Of a stretch of 64,000 bases of DNA, positions 34,441 to 47,712 are shown piece by piece; the stretch's first letter is position 1, and every line of letters begins with the position of its first letter. The stretch is from the NCBI RefSeq assembly GCF_023055435.1, contig NW_025963802.1, positions 23,250,001-23,314,000 on the forward strand. The letters are read 5' to 3'. The position numbers and the translations under genes were made by a program. The notes beneath the pieces were generated by a model, which worked only from the letters and a program-made list of their open reading frames with translations, was not told the DNA's origin and made no database searches. Source of the stretch: Haliotis rufescens. Taxonomy: Eukaryota.

Positions 34441-35571
34441 ATAGCTAAAAATAAGTCGTTTACAGCCCGATGTTGATTAATCCAGTACGCGGACCGTGCT
34501 AATTAGATTATTAGCAGTTTCTAGATCTATGACTCTTTGACGCTTATCTTCACAATCACAACTTTGTTTACCCCCACAATCGTGTATATTTTCCTGTGGG
34601 AAAAGTTACTTTAATATACTTTTCATTACGAGTATCACAACGTGGGGCGTAGTTACAAGACTTCAAACTCTAGTCAATTTATTTTCCCTTGATACCGGCA
34701 AACTATGATTAATAACGAAATACACATAAAGTAAATTATGTTATATTTTCCTATGAGAATAAGCCGTCGCTGCGTGTTTCATGCCCCGAAACCTTGTGTG
34801 TCAGCTTGGGGAGTTTTGAAACGGGAGAGGGGCAGAAAAATATCACCCCTCCCCTTTCCTCACACCGACCCCCTCGGGCGACGAATTACCCCCTCGGAAA
34901 CCAGGCCCCAACATGAAACACTTGCGAGGCTTTGAAATCAGTGTACGTCGGGGGGCACACCGTCAATGTGTTGGGGAACAGTGGCCGCGCTTTGGTAGTC
35001 ATGCTTCCACCACTCTGGTCGTTCCAGGCAGGGACTTTCTGGTCGAATGACCTCTCTGTGTCGGTATTATCCGCACCAAGGGAGTATTAATCAGTCGCAA
35101 TCGGAGATGACTACAGAATTAGCGGGTTCCCTCTGTGAAATATGCACATTAGCTGCTTAGCTTCTAAGTAGGGGACAACAAAATGTTTGACGTGAGTGAG
35201 AATATATCCGTCAAGTGGGAAGCAACGACCAATGGTGTCTTTAAGCATCGCTTCTATACAGGCACAACAGATGTAGGAAGTCACGCTTGTTTGATGTTAT
35301 AGAGTAATTATCTAGTTCTCAAGAACCTGGTAATGAAGCTACTTTCCACGCCTTTGATGCCAAACTCTCAAACTTGGGGATGAGCCGCTTGTCTCCGTGT
35401 TTTAACTTTTTGCGCCACCGATAAAAATTCAATTAATGCTCCTCATTTAAATTAAGACATTTTGGCCCCTTCCGCCCACCTAAATGACTTTAAATGACAT
35501 AGGTAATGAAAATTCCCATCACACGTTTAAAAAAGACGGCGGGCAGGATTCACCCCGACCATCTCGGTCGA

Positions 35572-35767
35572 NNNNNNNNNNNNNNNNNNNNNNNNNNNNN
35601 NNNNNNNNNNNNNNNNNNNNNNNNNNNNNNNNNNNNNNNNNNNNNNNNNNNNNNNNNNNNNNNNNNNNNNNNNNNNNNNNNNNNNNNNNNNNNNNNNNNN
35701 NNNNNNNNNNNNNNNNNNNNNNNNNNNNNNNNNNNNNNNNNNNNNNNNNNNNNNNNNNNNNNNNNNN
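35572..35767. other. Assembly gap (196 N)
   Basis: Run of n. Confidence 1.
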
Positions 35768-36026
35768 CATTAACGCATGTTTAGACGGATGTCGTAAAGA
35801 AAAAAGAGCACCTTCGAAATCATGGTGTAAATATTTATCCTTAATAGCTTCATTAGAAAACATATATTCTCCTGGCAGGAAAAAGGGAGTTCTTGTATCA
35901 TCATACATTTAATCAGAGCCAGACTTGCCTTGACAACTGTTTTCGAAGAATCGAACGTAATGAAATATTTAATAATGTCGCGCTGTGGCGGTTTACTTCG
36001 TGAATGAAATAGCGCATTGTAAATGA

Positions 36027-36027
<1 letters not shown>

Positions 36028-36060
<33 letters not shown>
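36028..36060. repeat. (ATT)11 microsatellite
   Basis: Seen directly. Confidence 0.95.
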
Positions 36061-36068
<8 letters not shown>

Positions 36069-38171
36069 TTTTTCTAAAATTTGTAAATCAAGTTAAATTA
36101 CGTTCAGGGTGATTAATCAAATGTCATAGTTGATAATTAAGACGTCAACACTAGAAAATTATCAGTCTCGAATTCCCGACGAAACAGATTCTATTGGGCA
36201 AATTAGCTGTGAAAAGTACATCAATAGATCACGGAAAATCAGTGATGACACCAGGTGTTCACCAAAAACATACCCTGCTCTGTAAAACAAATTTTGAGCG
36301 TTGATTTTTACTTTACGTTGAAAGTATGTTAATGGAGATGTTTACGAATTCGTTCTGCCATGTAATGTGATTATATCACGTAATATATAATACAATGATG
36401 TTCCTCTTCCAATTTGTACTTCGTACTTGGAAGAGTGCTACTTGAGACACAAGTGTTTACGTACTTCATCCTTGAAGTAAGTAAGTCCTTCCTATTAATG
36501 CAACAAAATGTCGAAGACTATCACAAGAAACAATTTCAATATTATCCGTCGTCTATCTTTACCGGTTTTCCAACCAAGCGGCAAGTCGGTCGCTTTTTAC
36601 CTCTTCAAAAATTAATATCTAAAAGTGGTGTACTTAATACAGCTCATAAAATAGTTAGAAACCGCTTCATGTGAAGATTATTTCAAGTCAGTGTTTAATG
36701 ACTCTGGTATTAAATCACTCTTATCACAACATTCGTACATAAAGCCCTTCTTTCCCTCACTCTACCGCCCGCCACCAGGCTTATGTTATCATGCAATGAG
36801 AATTTGTCCGTGCGTTATTTCAATAAGTTTTTAAGCCCCTCCACTTCATGTTGAGGGGCGCTCACTATATGACACTCTCCGAGCTGTGGCAATCTTCAAG
36901 AATATTTACCGTTTCATTCACAGAATCCCGGTGTTACCCCGCAAATGGTTAACTCTTTAACTGTGGAGACATTTGGCCAGGCAGTACACGGGCACCCTGG
37001 CTCTGTTTACAGAGATGTATGTATCTAAGGTTTAGTTTACACCATAACCAAACGCAATAACAGTACCCTAGCAACAAACGGTAACGCCAGAAAGGGTGTG
37101 GGGGTGTATAATGTCGACGGGAGGGCGGCCTCTTCACCTGTGGATCACGGCCAACAGACGCGGGATAACTGGTGAGATTACTGACAACATTGACACATCC
37201 CTATACTTTGTCAATGGAGATCACGACCGGTGCATCTGATCGGCAATAATATAAGTAATGCGATGTCGGATGATTAAGCGACAGATGTTTATTTTGTCGT
37301 AGACACCAATACTTCCGTGACGTGTGTTGAGTGGATGTTACAGTTGTGCTGTAGGTTGAGCATCGGCACACGTCGATGTCAAAATGCGTTATACGAACAG
37401 CAAGGTCACAACAACCTACCAAGACCAGGTCGCCATTGTGGCCACACAATTCACATTGAAGTAGTCCCGCTGGAAGGATGTACCTGGGTATGTTCTGTCC
37501 TGGTATCATTACTTAAAGGAACAGATACAAGCACGAAATTATGGCAACCAAACTTTATATATTCGGTCAGAAATACAAAATGAGAAACAATGTTTTATTC
37601 ACACATGTTGTGTATTGCAGGGCAAGACTACAATCAGATATTTGTAAACATATACCAGCTGTAGACGTATCCACGGACATTCTTGCCACCGTCCTTTGTC
37701 ATTATTGCATTAGTGATATTTGTCAAAATACACATCTCTTATCGCGTGTGGGTTTGTTTATCATGCCGTTCTCTCACTGTGGCCGAGTTAACTTGACACT
37801 GAAGTGGTTAATATTCCTATTTCTAATTAAATCTTCATTAATTATCTTCCTCTTTTGGCCAAGACTGATAAAAAGTCCTCGAGGTATCTTTCTGGAATTT
37901 CCGTTCAGCTACTGAAATGTGAAATATTCAGACAGATATATTTATGCATATCTATATGTTGGGCTCAACATATATAAACAACCAATTTACAGCAGTATAA
38001 AGCAAGTGCAGTACAGTTATCTAAGTTTTGAAATTACAAATTTTCTGTTGATCATATATCAGGCTATTCTAATATATTTCGTCTTCCAAGCGTATAAATA
38101 TGCGTCATTTATTCGAAAATGCATTCGACTGTCCAGTAATGCCCGAAACATGATCTGTGTGTCTGAGTTCA

Positions 38172-38428
38172 CTTTGTTTGTTGGTTGGTTGGTTTGTGTG
38201 TTGTTTAACGCCGCACTTAACAATATTCTAGCTATATGACGGCGGTCTGTAAATAATCGAGTCTGGACCAGACAATCCAATGGTTGATATCATGAGCATC
38301 GATCCACGCTTTTGGGATACGATTACATGCATTAATCAAGACAGCAAGCCTGACCACCCGATTCCGTTAGTCGCCTCTTACGACAAGTATATCTTGCTGA
38401 AGAACTCTACTAACCTCAATCTCCTCGG
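38172..38428 (-). mobile_element. Apparently full-length headless SINE-like retroelement (about 257 bp) with (AAAC/AACC)n tail
   Basis: Same family as 30142-30313 and 46744-46930. Flanked by a decayed 15-bp direct repeat, gtgtgtctgagttca (38157-38171) and gtgtatctaagtaca (38429-38443), matching 12/15. Confidence 0.85.
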
Positions 38429-38894
38429 GTGTATCTAAGTACAAAGGCCAATAGTCATGTTCTGAGGTTGTCGATGCTGGTGGCTCGGAAATAGATTCGG
38501 TTAATCAATTATCTTTTACCTGCTATGAATTATCTTACCTAACTTTGCCGGCGGAACTATACAACAGATGAGGACATGGGGTGTCTAACAAATATACAGA
38601 GAAGTACAAAAGTGACTACGACTTCTTTTCGTGACCAAGTCATTGGTAAAAATCTTTTCAATTTCCTACCTCGTTTAGTTTATGCTCCGAAGAAGAAAAG
38701 AAATCAAATCAAAAGTATCAAAATTCTCCTCAATTACGAGCGAAGTGGCAACTCCAAACTGACGAGATTGGGTCCAAACACGCCTGAGTAGTTGTATAGA
38801 ACGCCCTCTGGCGGCTTCCCCCGTCTAAACAACATGGCGACATGAACCTGCCTTCTGATCAGTCTGTCGCGGAAGAGAATAAATACCCAGCGGC

Positions 38895-41800
38895 CTGTCT
38901 TGTACAGACCATCCTAGGCTTGTGGAGAGCTGGACCACAGGGTCTGTCTAATATAAGGACAATCTAAGGGAGAAGAAACGTGGTACAACGGGTCTGTCTT
39001 GTACATATCATCAGGGAAGGGGATATGGTATGACGGATGCGTCTTGTACAGATCATCAGAGAAGGTGGTACCACGGGTCTGTCTTGTAGAGATCATCACA
39101 TAAGGAAAGGTGGTACCACGGGTCTGTCTTGTAGAGATCATCACATAAGGCAAGGAGGTATACGGGTCTGTCTTGTACAGATCATCACATAAGGAAATGT
39201 GGTAACACGGGTCTGTCTTGTACAGATCATCACATAAGGAAAGGTGGTACCACGGGTCTGTCTTGTACAGATCATCACATAAGGAAAGGTGGTACCACGG
39301 GTCTGTCTTGTACAGATCATCACATAAGGAAAGGTGGCACCACGGGCTGTCTTGAGGAGATCATCACATGAGGAAAGGTGGTACCACGGGCCTGTCTTGT
39401 ACATGTCATCAGGGAAGGATAGGTGGTACCATGGGTCTGTCGTGTCATATCATCAAGGAAGGAAAGGTGGTACCATGGGTCTGTCTTGTACATATCATCA
39501 GGGAAGGATAGATGGTACCACGGGTCTGTCTTGTACAGATCATCACATAAGGAAAGGTGGTACCACGGGTCTGTCTTGTACAGATCATCACATAAGGAAA
39601 GGAGGTACACGGGTCTGTCTTGTACAGATAATCACAAAAGGAAAGGTGGTACCACGGGTCTGTCTTGTAGAGATCATCACATACGGAAAGGAGGTACCAT
39701 GGGTCTGTCTTGTACAGATCATCACGTAAGGAAAGGTGGTACCATGGGTCTGTCTTGTACATTTCATCAGGGAAGGATAGGTGGTACCGTGGGTCTGTCG
39801 TGTCATATCATCAAGGAAGGAAAGGTAGCTGTCTTGCACATATCATCAGGGAAGGATAGGTGGTACCACGGGTCTGTCGTGTACACATCATCACATAAGG
39901 AAAGGTGGTACCACGGGTCTGTCTTGTACAGATCATGACATAAGGAAAGGTGGTACCACGGGTCTGCCTTGTATATGTCATCAGGGAAGGATAGGTGGCA
40001 CCATGGGTCTGTTGTGTACATATCATTAGGGAAGGAAAGGTGGCACTATGGGTCTGTCTTGTACATATCATTAGGGAAGGAAAGGTGGCACTATGGGTCT
40101 GTCTTGTACATATCATTAGGGAAGGAAAGGTGGTACCATGGGTCTGTCGTGTCATATCATCAGGGAAGGGAACATGGTAACATAGGTATGTCTTGTACAT
40201 AACATTAGGGAAGGATGGGTGGTACCATGGGTCTGTCTTGTACATATCATTAGGGAAGGAAAGGTGGTACCATTGGTCTGTCGTGTAGATATCATTAGGG
40301 AAGGAACGGTGGCATCATGGGTCTGTCTTGTACATATCATTAGGGAAGGAAACATGGTACCATTGGTCTGTCTTGTACAGATCATCAGGGAAGGAAAGGT
40401 GGTACCATGGGTCTGCTGTGTACATATCATTAGGGGAGGAAAGGTGGTACCATGGGTCTGTCGTGTTATCATCAGGGAAGGGAACATGGTACCATAGGTA
40501 TGTCTTGTACATATCATCAGGGAAGGATTGGTGGCACCATGGGTCTGTCTTGTACATATCATTAGGGAAGGAAAGGTGGTACCACGGGTCTGTCGTGTAC
40601 ATATCATTAGGGAAGGAAAGGTGGTACCATGGGTCTGTCGTGTAGATATCATTAGGGAAGGAACGGTGGCATCATGGGTCTGTCTTGTACATATCATTAG
40701 GGAAGGAAACATGGTACCATTGGTCTGTCTTGTACAGATCATCAGGGAAGGAAAGGTGGTACCATGGGTCTGCTGTGTACATACCATTAGGGGAGGAAAG
40801 GTGGTACCATGGGTCTGTCGTGTTATATCATCAGGGAAGGGAACATGGTACCAAAGGTATGTCTTGTACATATCATCAGGGAAGGAATGGTGGCACCATG
40901 GGTCTGTCTTGTACATATCATTAGGGAAGGAACGGTGGCATCATGGGTCTGTCTTGTACATATCATTAGGGAAGGTAACATGGTACCATTGGTCTGTCTT
41001 GTACATATCATCAGGGAAGGAAAGGTGGTACCATGGGTCTCTCGTGTACATATCATTAGGGAAGGAACGGTGGCATCATGGGTCTGTCATGTACATATCA
41101 TTAGGGAAGTTAACATGGTACCATTGGTCTGTCTTGTACATATCATCAGGGAAGGAAAGGTGGTACCATGGGTCTCTCGTGTACATATCATTAGGGAAGG
41201 AACGGTGGCATCATGGGTCTGTCTTGTACATATCATTAGGGAAGGTAACATGGTACCATTGGTCTGTCTTGTACAGATCATCAGGGAAGGAAAGGTGGTA
41301 CCATGGGTCTGCTGTGTACATATCATTAGGGGAGGAAAGGTGGTACCATGGGTCTGTCGTGTTATCATCAGGGAAGGGAACATGGTACCATAGGTATGTC
41401 TTGTACATATCATCAGGGAAGGATTGGTGGCACCATGGGTCTGTCTTGTACATATCATTAGGGAAGGAAAGGTGGTACCATGGGTCTGTCGTGTACATAT
41501 CATTAGGGAAGGAAAGGTGGTACCATGGGTCTGTCGTGTAGATATCATTAGGGAAGGAAAGGTGGTACCATGGGTCTGTCGTGTAGATATCATTAGGGAA
41601 GGAACGGTGGCATCATGGGTCTGTCTTGTACATATCATTAGGAAAGGAAACATGGTACCATTGGTCTGTCTTGTACAGATCATCAGGGAAGGAAAGGTGG
41701 TACCATGGGTCAGCTGTGTACATATCATTAGGGGAGGAAAGGTGGTACCATGGGTCTGTCGTGTTATATCATCAGGGAAGGGAACATGGTACCATAGGTA

Positions 41801-43195
41801 TGTCTTGTACATATCATCAGGGAAGGATTGGTGGCACCATGGGTCTGTCTTGTACATATCATTAGGGAAGGAACGGTGGCATCATGGGTCTGTCTTGTAC
41901 ATATCATTAGGGAAGGTAACATGGTACCATTGGTCTGTCTTGTACATATCATCAGGGAAGGAAAGGTGGTACCATGGGTCTCTCGTGTACATATCATTAG
42001 GGAAGGAACGGTGGCATCATGGGTCTGTCTTGTACATATCATTAGGGAAGGTAACATGGTACCATTGGTCTGTCTTGTACATATCATCAGGGAAGGGAAC
42101 GGTGGCACCATGGGTCTGTCGTGTCATATCATAAGGGAAGTAAAGGTGGTACTATGGGTCTGTCTTGTACATATCATAAGGGAAGTAAAGGTGGTACCAT
42201 GGGTCTGTCGTGTACATATCATCACATAAGGAAAGGAGGTACACGGGTCTGTCTTGTACATATCATTAGGGAATGGAGAATGGTACCATAGGTCTGTCTT
42301 GTACATATCATCAGGGAAGGAAAGGTGGTACCATGGGTCTGTCTTGTACATATCATCACATAAGGAAAGGAGGTACCATGGGTCTGTCTTGTAGAGATCA
42401 TCACATAAGGAAAGGTGGTACCACGGGTCTGTCTTGTAGAGATCATCACATAAGGCAAGGAGGTATACGGGTCTGTCTTGTACATATCATCAGGGAAGGA
42501 TAGGTGGTACCACGGGTCTGTCGTGTACAGATCATCACATAAGGAAAAGTGGTACCACGTGTCAGTCTTGTACAGATCATCACATAGAGAAAGGTGGTCC
42601 CACGGGTCTGTCTTGTACAGATCATCACATAGGGAAAGGTGGTCCCACGGGTCTGTCTTGTACAGATCATCACATAAGGAAAGGAGGTACACGGGTCTGT
42701 CTTGTAGAGATCATCACATAAGGCAAGGAGGTATACGGGTCTGTCTTGTACATATCATCACATAAGGAAAGGTGGTACCACGGGTCTGTCTTGTAGAGAT
42801 CATCACATAAGGCAAGGAGGTATACGGGTCTGTCTTGTACATATCATCACATAAGGAAAAGTGGTACCACGTGTCAGTCTTGTACAGATCATCACATAGG
42901 GAAAGGTGGTCCCACCGGTCTGTCTTGTAGATATCATCACATAAGGAAAGGTGGTCCCATGGGCCATTCGTGTACATATCATCAGGGAAGGGAATATGGT
43001 ATCATGGGTCTGTCTTGTATATGTCATCAGGGAAGGAAAGGTGGTACCATGGGTTTGTCTTGTACATGTCATCAGGGAAGGATAGGTGGTACCATGGGTC
43101 TGTCGTGTCATATCATCAAGGAAAGAAAGGTGGTACCAATGGCCTGTCTTGTACATATCATCAGGGAAGGGAGTATGGTACCACGGGTCTTGTAC
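38895..43195. repeat. About 45-bp minisatellite, about 4.3 kb (gggtctgtcttgtacatatcatyagggaaggaaaggtggtaccat) with higher-order blocks
   Basis: The 15-aa periodic ORFs (MICTRQTHGTTFPSL) reflect the 45-nt unit. Occasional 43/44-nt units shift the frame. Confidence 0.97.
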
Positions 43196-43789
43196 GTGAA
43201 AATAAGGTTAGGATGAAACATATAACACAGCGCACACATGATATCTAGCGTAGTGTAGAACTGAGACAAGAATGAAATAATGGACAGGGAAATGATTGAA
43301 GAAGACCCTGGAAGCAACAGAGCACGAGTAGAGAGAAGGGTCTGGGGTAGGGGTGGGGGTTGGATGTACTAAGGCGTGGCTTGTGGAGAGTGTGCGGTGA
43401 AGGTGAGAGACAGGTGGATGTCTGTAGACATGTCGGTTCCTGGGTGCCTGGATAACGGTCTGGGAGGAGACTGTTTCAGGATCTGTATCATCAAGCCAAT
43501 AGTAAACACGCCACGGGTGTGTATGAGATAGGGTGCAGCTAACGCCACGTGGGAAAAGTGGAACTTTATCTGTTATTATTACTGTTCCGTATTGACTATA
43601 TGTATATGTATATTTACTTTGTTGATAGGAATTCGCTTGCACGGAAACTGCATCGATGTTATTTTTTCTTTGACGTCTGGTAGAACATACATAATTGATA
43701 CCAGGTATTATGTTCTGTTCTGATTAATGATATCATGCCTCAAAGCAAAAAGAAAACATAACACCCATTTGGTTTGTTCTGTATACACG

Positions 43790-44700
43790 CTACATCTACA
43801 ACTCAAACAACCCCCTCATTCACGACAACAACAACCCCTTCATCTTCGACAACAACGCTCTCATCTACAACAACAACCCCCTCAATAACAACCATACCCT
43901 CATCTACGACAACAACAACGCCCTCATCTAAACCAACCACGCTATCATTTATGACAAGGACAACCACCTCATCCACTACTACAACGACAACACCCCCACC
44001 TACAAAACCAACACCCTCATCCACAACAACAACAGCACTCTCATCTACGACAACAACCACCTCATCCACATCAACTCCCTCATCTACACCAACCACACCC
44101 TCATCTACGACAACAACCACCTCGTCTTACAACAACAACCCCCTCATATACAACATCCTCGTGTACAACACACCACATCCTCATCTACGATAACGCCCCG
44201 TCATCCACAACAACTACGTCGCCCTCATCTACGAGAACAGCCTGAACTACGACAACCTCAACAACACCCTCATCTACGACAACAACAACACCCTAATCTA
44301 CGACAACAACAACCTCCTCACTGTATGTCACATTTACGACACCAACAACCCTCTTATCTACGAAAACAAACCCCTCAACCACGACAGCAACACCCCCATA
44401 TCCAATAGCACCCTCATCTAACACAACAATCCCTCAACGACGACAACAACATCACCCTCATCTACGACAACAGCCTGGTCTACGACAACCTCAACATCGC
44501 ATTCATCTACGACAACAACAACACCCTCAACCACGACAACAACACCCCCATATCCAACAACACCCACATCTACGACAACAATTTTTATCCCCTCAACTAC
44601 CTCCTCCGTCATCCACAATAACAACCCTCACATTTTCAACAACAACACCCTTATCTACGACAACAGTCACCTTACTGTATGCAACATCTACTGCACACTC
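43790..44700. repeat. Degenerate (ACA)n-rich low-complexity repeat (ccctcatctacgacaacaac motif)
   Basis: Recurrent ctcatctacgacaac with variable spacing. The Thr/Ser/Pro ORF is a compositional by-product. Confidence 0.85.
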
Positions 44701-45149
44701 TCACTGTATGCCACATCTATTGCATTCACAGCAGCCCCCATCACCGAATGTAACATCAACTGCAGCCACATCCACCCTTTCACAACAATACCTCAAGTGT
44801 CCCTGTGTACCCCACAATCAGATAGTGACGAAATCAGATGAGGCCTTGCTGAAGGCTTTGAGCTAATATCTATGAGAGTAAAGCCTTCCCGTGCATAGTC
44901 ATATTATTAAATTATTATAAATTATTAAACGATCTCCCCGGCTGTCTGTGAAGTGACTGTGGATGTCTGAAAGTAACTATAGTATACGAACTTTCCTGGA
45001 CAGCTACATATTACACCTCATAACAAGCACAATCAAGGACATATGGCTCGATGTGTTTTTCTAGAACAAGCGTCGTGTTCCAGCCTCAATGCCTCAGCAT
45101 TGTCTTCCCCCGTCAATATTCACTTGCATTCCCCTTCAATATATAAGGC

Positions 45150-46402
45150 CGCGTTCCCATTCCATATAAATTTATGTTTCCCCTACATATAAACATAAGT
45201 TCCCCTTCCATATAAACCCATATTACCTACACACAATAATTCAATGTTATCCTTACATGTAAAGCTTGTGTTCCCATCATAAATCAATGTTACCCCTGCA
45301 TATAATTCTATAGTATCCTGAGCTATAAAACTGTTTCCAATGCATATGTGGTTGAGGCGTTTCATGTAATCTAATTTTCCTTATGATTATAAAACTATGT
45401 TCCCCTCACATTTAAATCCACGTCACGCCTACACATGAATCCACGTTTCCCTTACCTGTAAAGTTATGGTACCCTCATGCATAAATCTATGTTCTTCTGT
45501 GTTCCTCTTATATAGAAAACTATTTTCCCCTTACATATAGATATGTGACCCTTACATATAACTACATGTTACCCCTAAATATACATCCATGTTTCCCTTA
45601 CATATATATGTCACCCTCACATTTAAATCTTTGTTATCCCAACATATAGATCTATGTCATCCTCACATATAACTGTATGTTACCCTTACATTTAAATCCA
45701 TGTTACCCTTATATTTAAATCTATGTCACCCTTACATATGAATCTATGTCACCCTTACATATGAATCCCTTACATGTGAATCTATGTCACCCTTACATAT
45801 GAATCTATGTCACCCTTACATATGAATCTATGTCACCCTTACATATGAATCTATGTTTCCCTTACATGTGAATCTATGTCACCCTTACATATGAATCTAT
45901 GTCACCCTTACATTTGAATCTATGTCACCCTTACATATGAATCTATGTCACCCTTACATATGAATCTATGTTTCCCTTACATATGAATCCATGTTTCCCT
46001 TACATGTGAATCTATGTCACCCTTACATATGAATCTATGTCACCCTTACATATGAATCTATGTCACCCTTACATGTGAATCTATGTCACCCTTACATATG
46101 AATCTATGTCACCCTTACATGTGAATCTATGTCACCCTTACATATGAATCTATGTCACCCTTACATATGAATCTATGTCACCCTTAAATATAAATGTGCG
46201 TTCCCCTAACCTATGACTCTTTGTTCCACTAACAGACAAATTTATGTTCCCCTTACATATAAATCTGTGTTCCCATTGCAATTAAATCTATGTCACCCCT
46301 GCATACAAATCTATGTTCCCCTTAGATTTAAATCTATGTCACTCCTACATACAAATCTACGTTCCCCTTACATTGAAATCTATGTCAGCCTTACATATAA
46401 AT
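45150..46402 (+). repeat. 23-bp minisatellite (atatgaatctatgtcacccttac); homogeneous core about 45720-46190 with degenerate flanks
   Basis: 23-nt period in the core. Confidence 0.93.
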
Positions 46403-46743
46403 ACATTAATTTGTTGCGAATATTCACCACTATGGAATCCTTGGCCTTAGGGTCCTTTTGACAGCAACAAACAAAGCAGAGAATCATACAAATATACTGC
46501 CGGACAAGAAAAAGAATACATCCGTGTTTGATGGTGGCTAAGAATGAAACAAACAAGAAATTGTTGGTTATTCGATGGTGATGGATTTGATATGGGTATC
46601 ACAGTTGGGTTTTTGGACCTTAATTTTGCAGTGTTTCGAGGGACTGTTTTCAGCCTAGTGACGTGTTGATAACGTTTGTATTGTTTAGGTCCAGTCCAAT
46701 TTTCAACTGTATACTTTCTTTTGTATATATTTCTTCGATCCAT

Positions 46744-46930
46744 CTAACGGGATCGGGTGGTCAGGCTCGCTGACTTGGTTGGTGCATGTCATCGCATCCC
46801 AATTGCGTGGATCGATGCTCAAGATATTAATCACTGGATTGTCTGGTCCAGACTCGATTATTTACAGACCGCCGTCATATAGATGGAATATTGCTGAGTG
46901 TGGCGTTAAACAAAAAAACAAAAAACAAAC
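46744..46930 (+). mobile_element. 5'-truncated copy of the headless SINE-like family
   Basis: ctaacgggatcgggtggtcaggctcgctgacttgg...gactcgattatttacagaccgccgtcatatagatggaatattgctgagtgtggcgttaaac followed by an A/C tail. Confidence 0.88.
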
Positions 46931-47479
46931 ATGGATGTCGGATGCTGATGGTTGAAACCCATTCTATTATGTGCAATGTGCCTTTTCTCACATGTAAGGT
47001 ACATATCTGTTGCCCGGTCGAATTGCCAAACTGGTGGCATTACATTTACAACATGCCAACCACAATATTGTATTTCGAATTAATTATGTAAGACGCCATT
47101 CTCCAGATATTAAAGATACTTTCCGAATGAAATAGACCTATGGGGAATAACTCAAAGTTAAGCATTTATAGCAAACGACAGAAAACTAAATGTGGTATTC
47201 TTACCGATTCGGACCAAAGCCAGCATGCATAAGACATACTTGCACTATAATTAGGTGTACGGTAGGATACATTCGTTGCCCACCGATCCCGGGGGAGGAT
47301 GGGTTGATGTACCATGTATGATGGTCTTCGTAAGACGAATATAAATGAATTTAGTGCTCGGGGAACGTAAACTGACATAGCGAGTATATCAACACACGCA
47401 CCCTGTAGGATTTATGATTTATGATTCATGTACCCTTTATGTAAGTTTATGTTCCCCGAGACCGAAGATGAACACATAT

Positions 47480-47712
47480 ACATATATGTAAGTTAAACAA
47501 AGACTGATACGTAAGGTGGACAAAGACAAAGACAAGGATTTCAATGTAAAGGGAACATATTTATATGTAAGGGTAACATAGATTAATATGTGAGGGGAAC
47601 ATAGATTTAAATACAATTGTAACAAAGAGTTAAATGTGAGGGGAACATAGATTGATATGTAAGGGGAATATAGATTGGTGTGGAAGAACATTGATGTATA
47701 TGTAGGGATAAA
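47480..47712 (-). repeat. Inverted, degenerate block of the same 23-bp minisatellite as 45150-46402
   Basis: gtaagggtaacatagattaatat and gtgaggggaacatagatttaaat are reverse complements of the 23-bp unit. Confidence 0.8.

Noticed and set aside
34253-35912. ORFs containing poly-X
   Set aside because: Artefacts of reading through N gaps.
37513-37530. TTAA-AGGAACAG Kolobok-like transposon end (similar at about 60739)
   Set aside because: No matching inverted partner could be found in the window.
38914-43317. Dozens of overlapping ORFs up to 337 aa on both strands
   Set aside because: Translations of the 45-bp satellite with frequent frame-breaking unit-length variants.
43774-44193. Thr/Ser/Pro mucin-like ORF
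   Set aside because: Low-complexity (ACA)n sequence. The same repeat continues past the stop codon with frame breaks, and there is no signal peptide or clear exon boundary.
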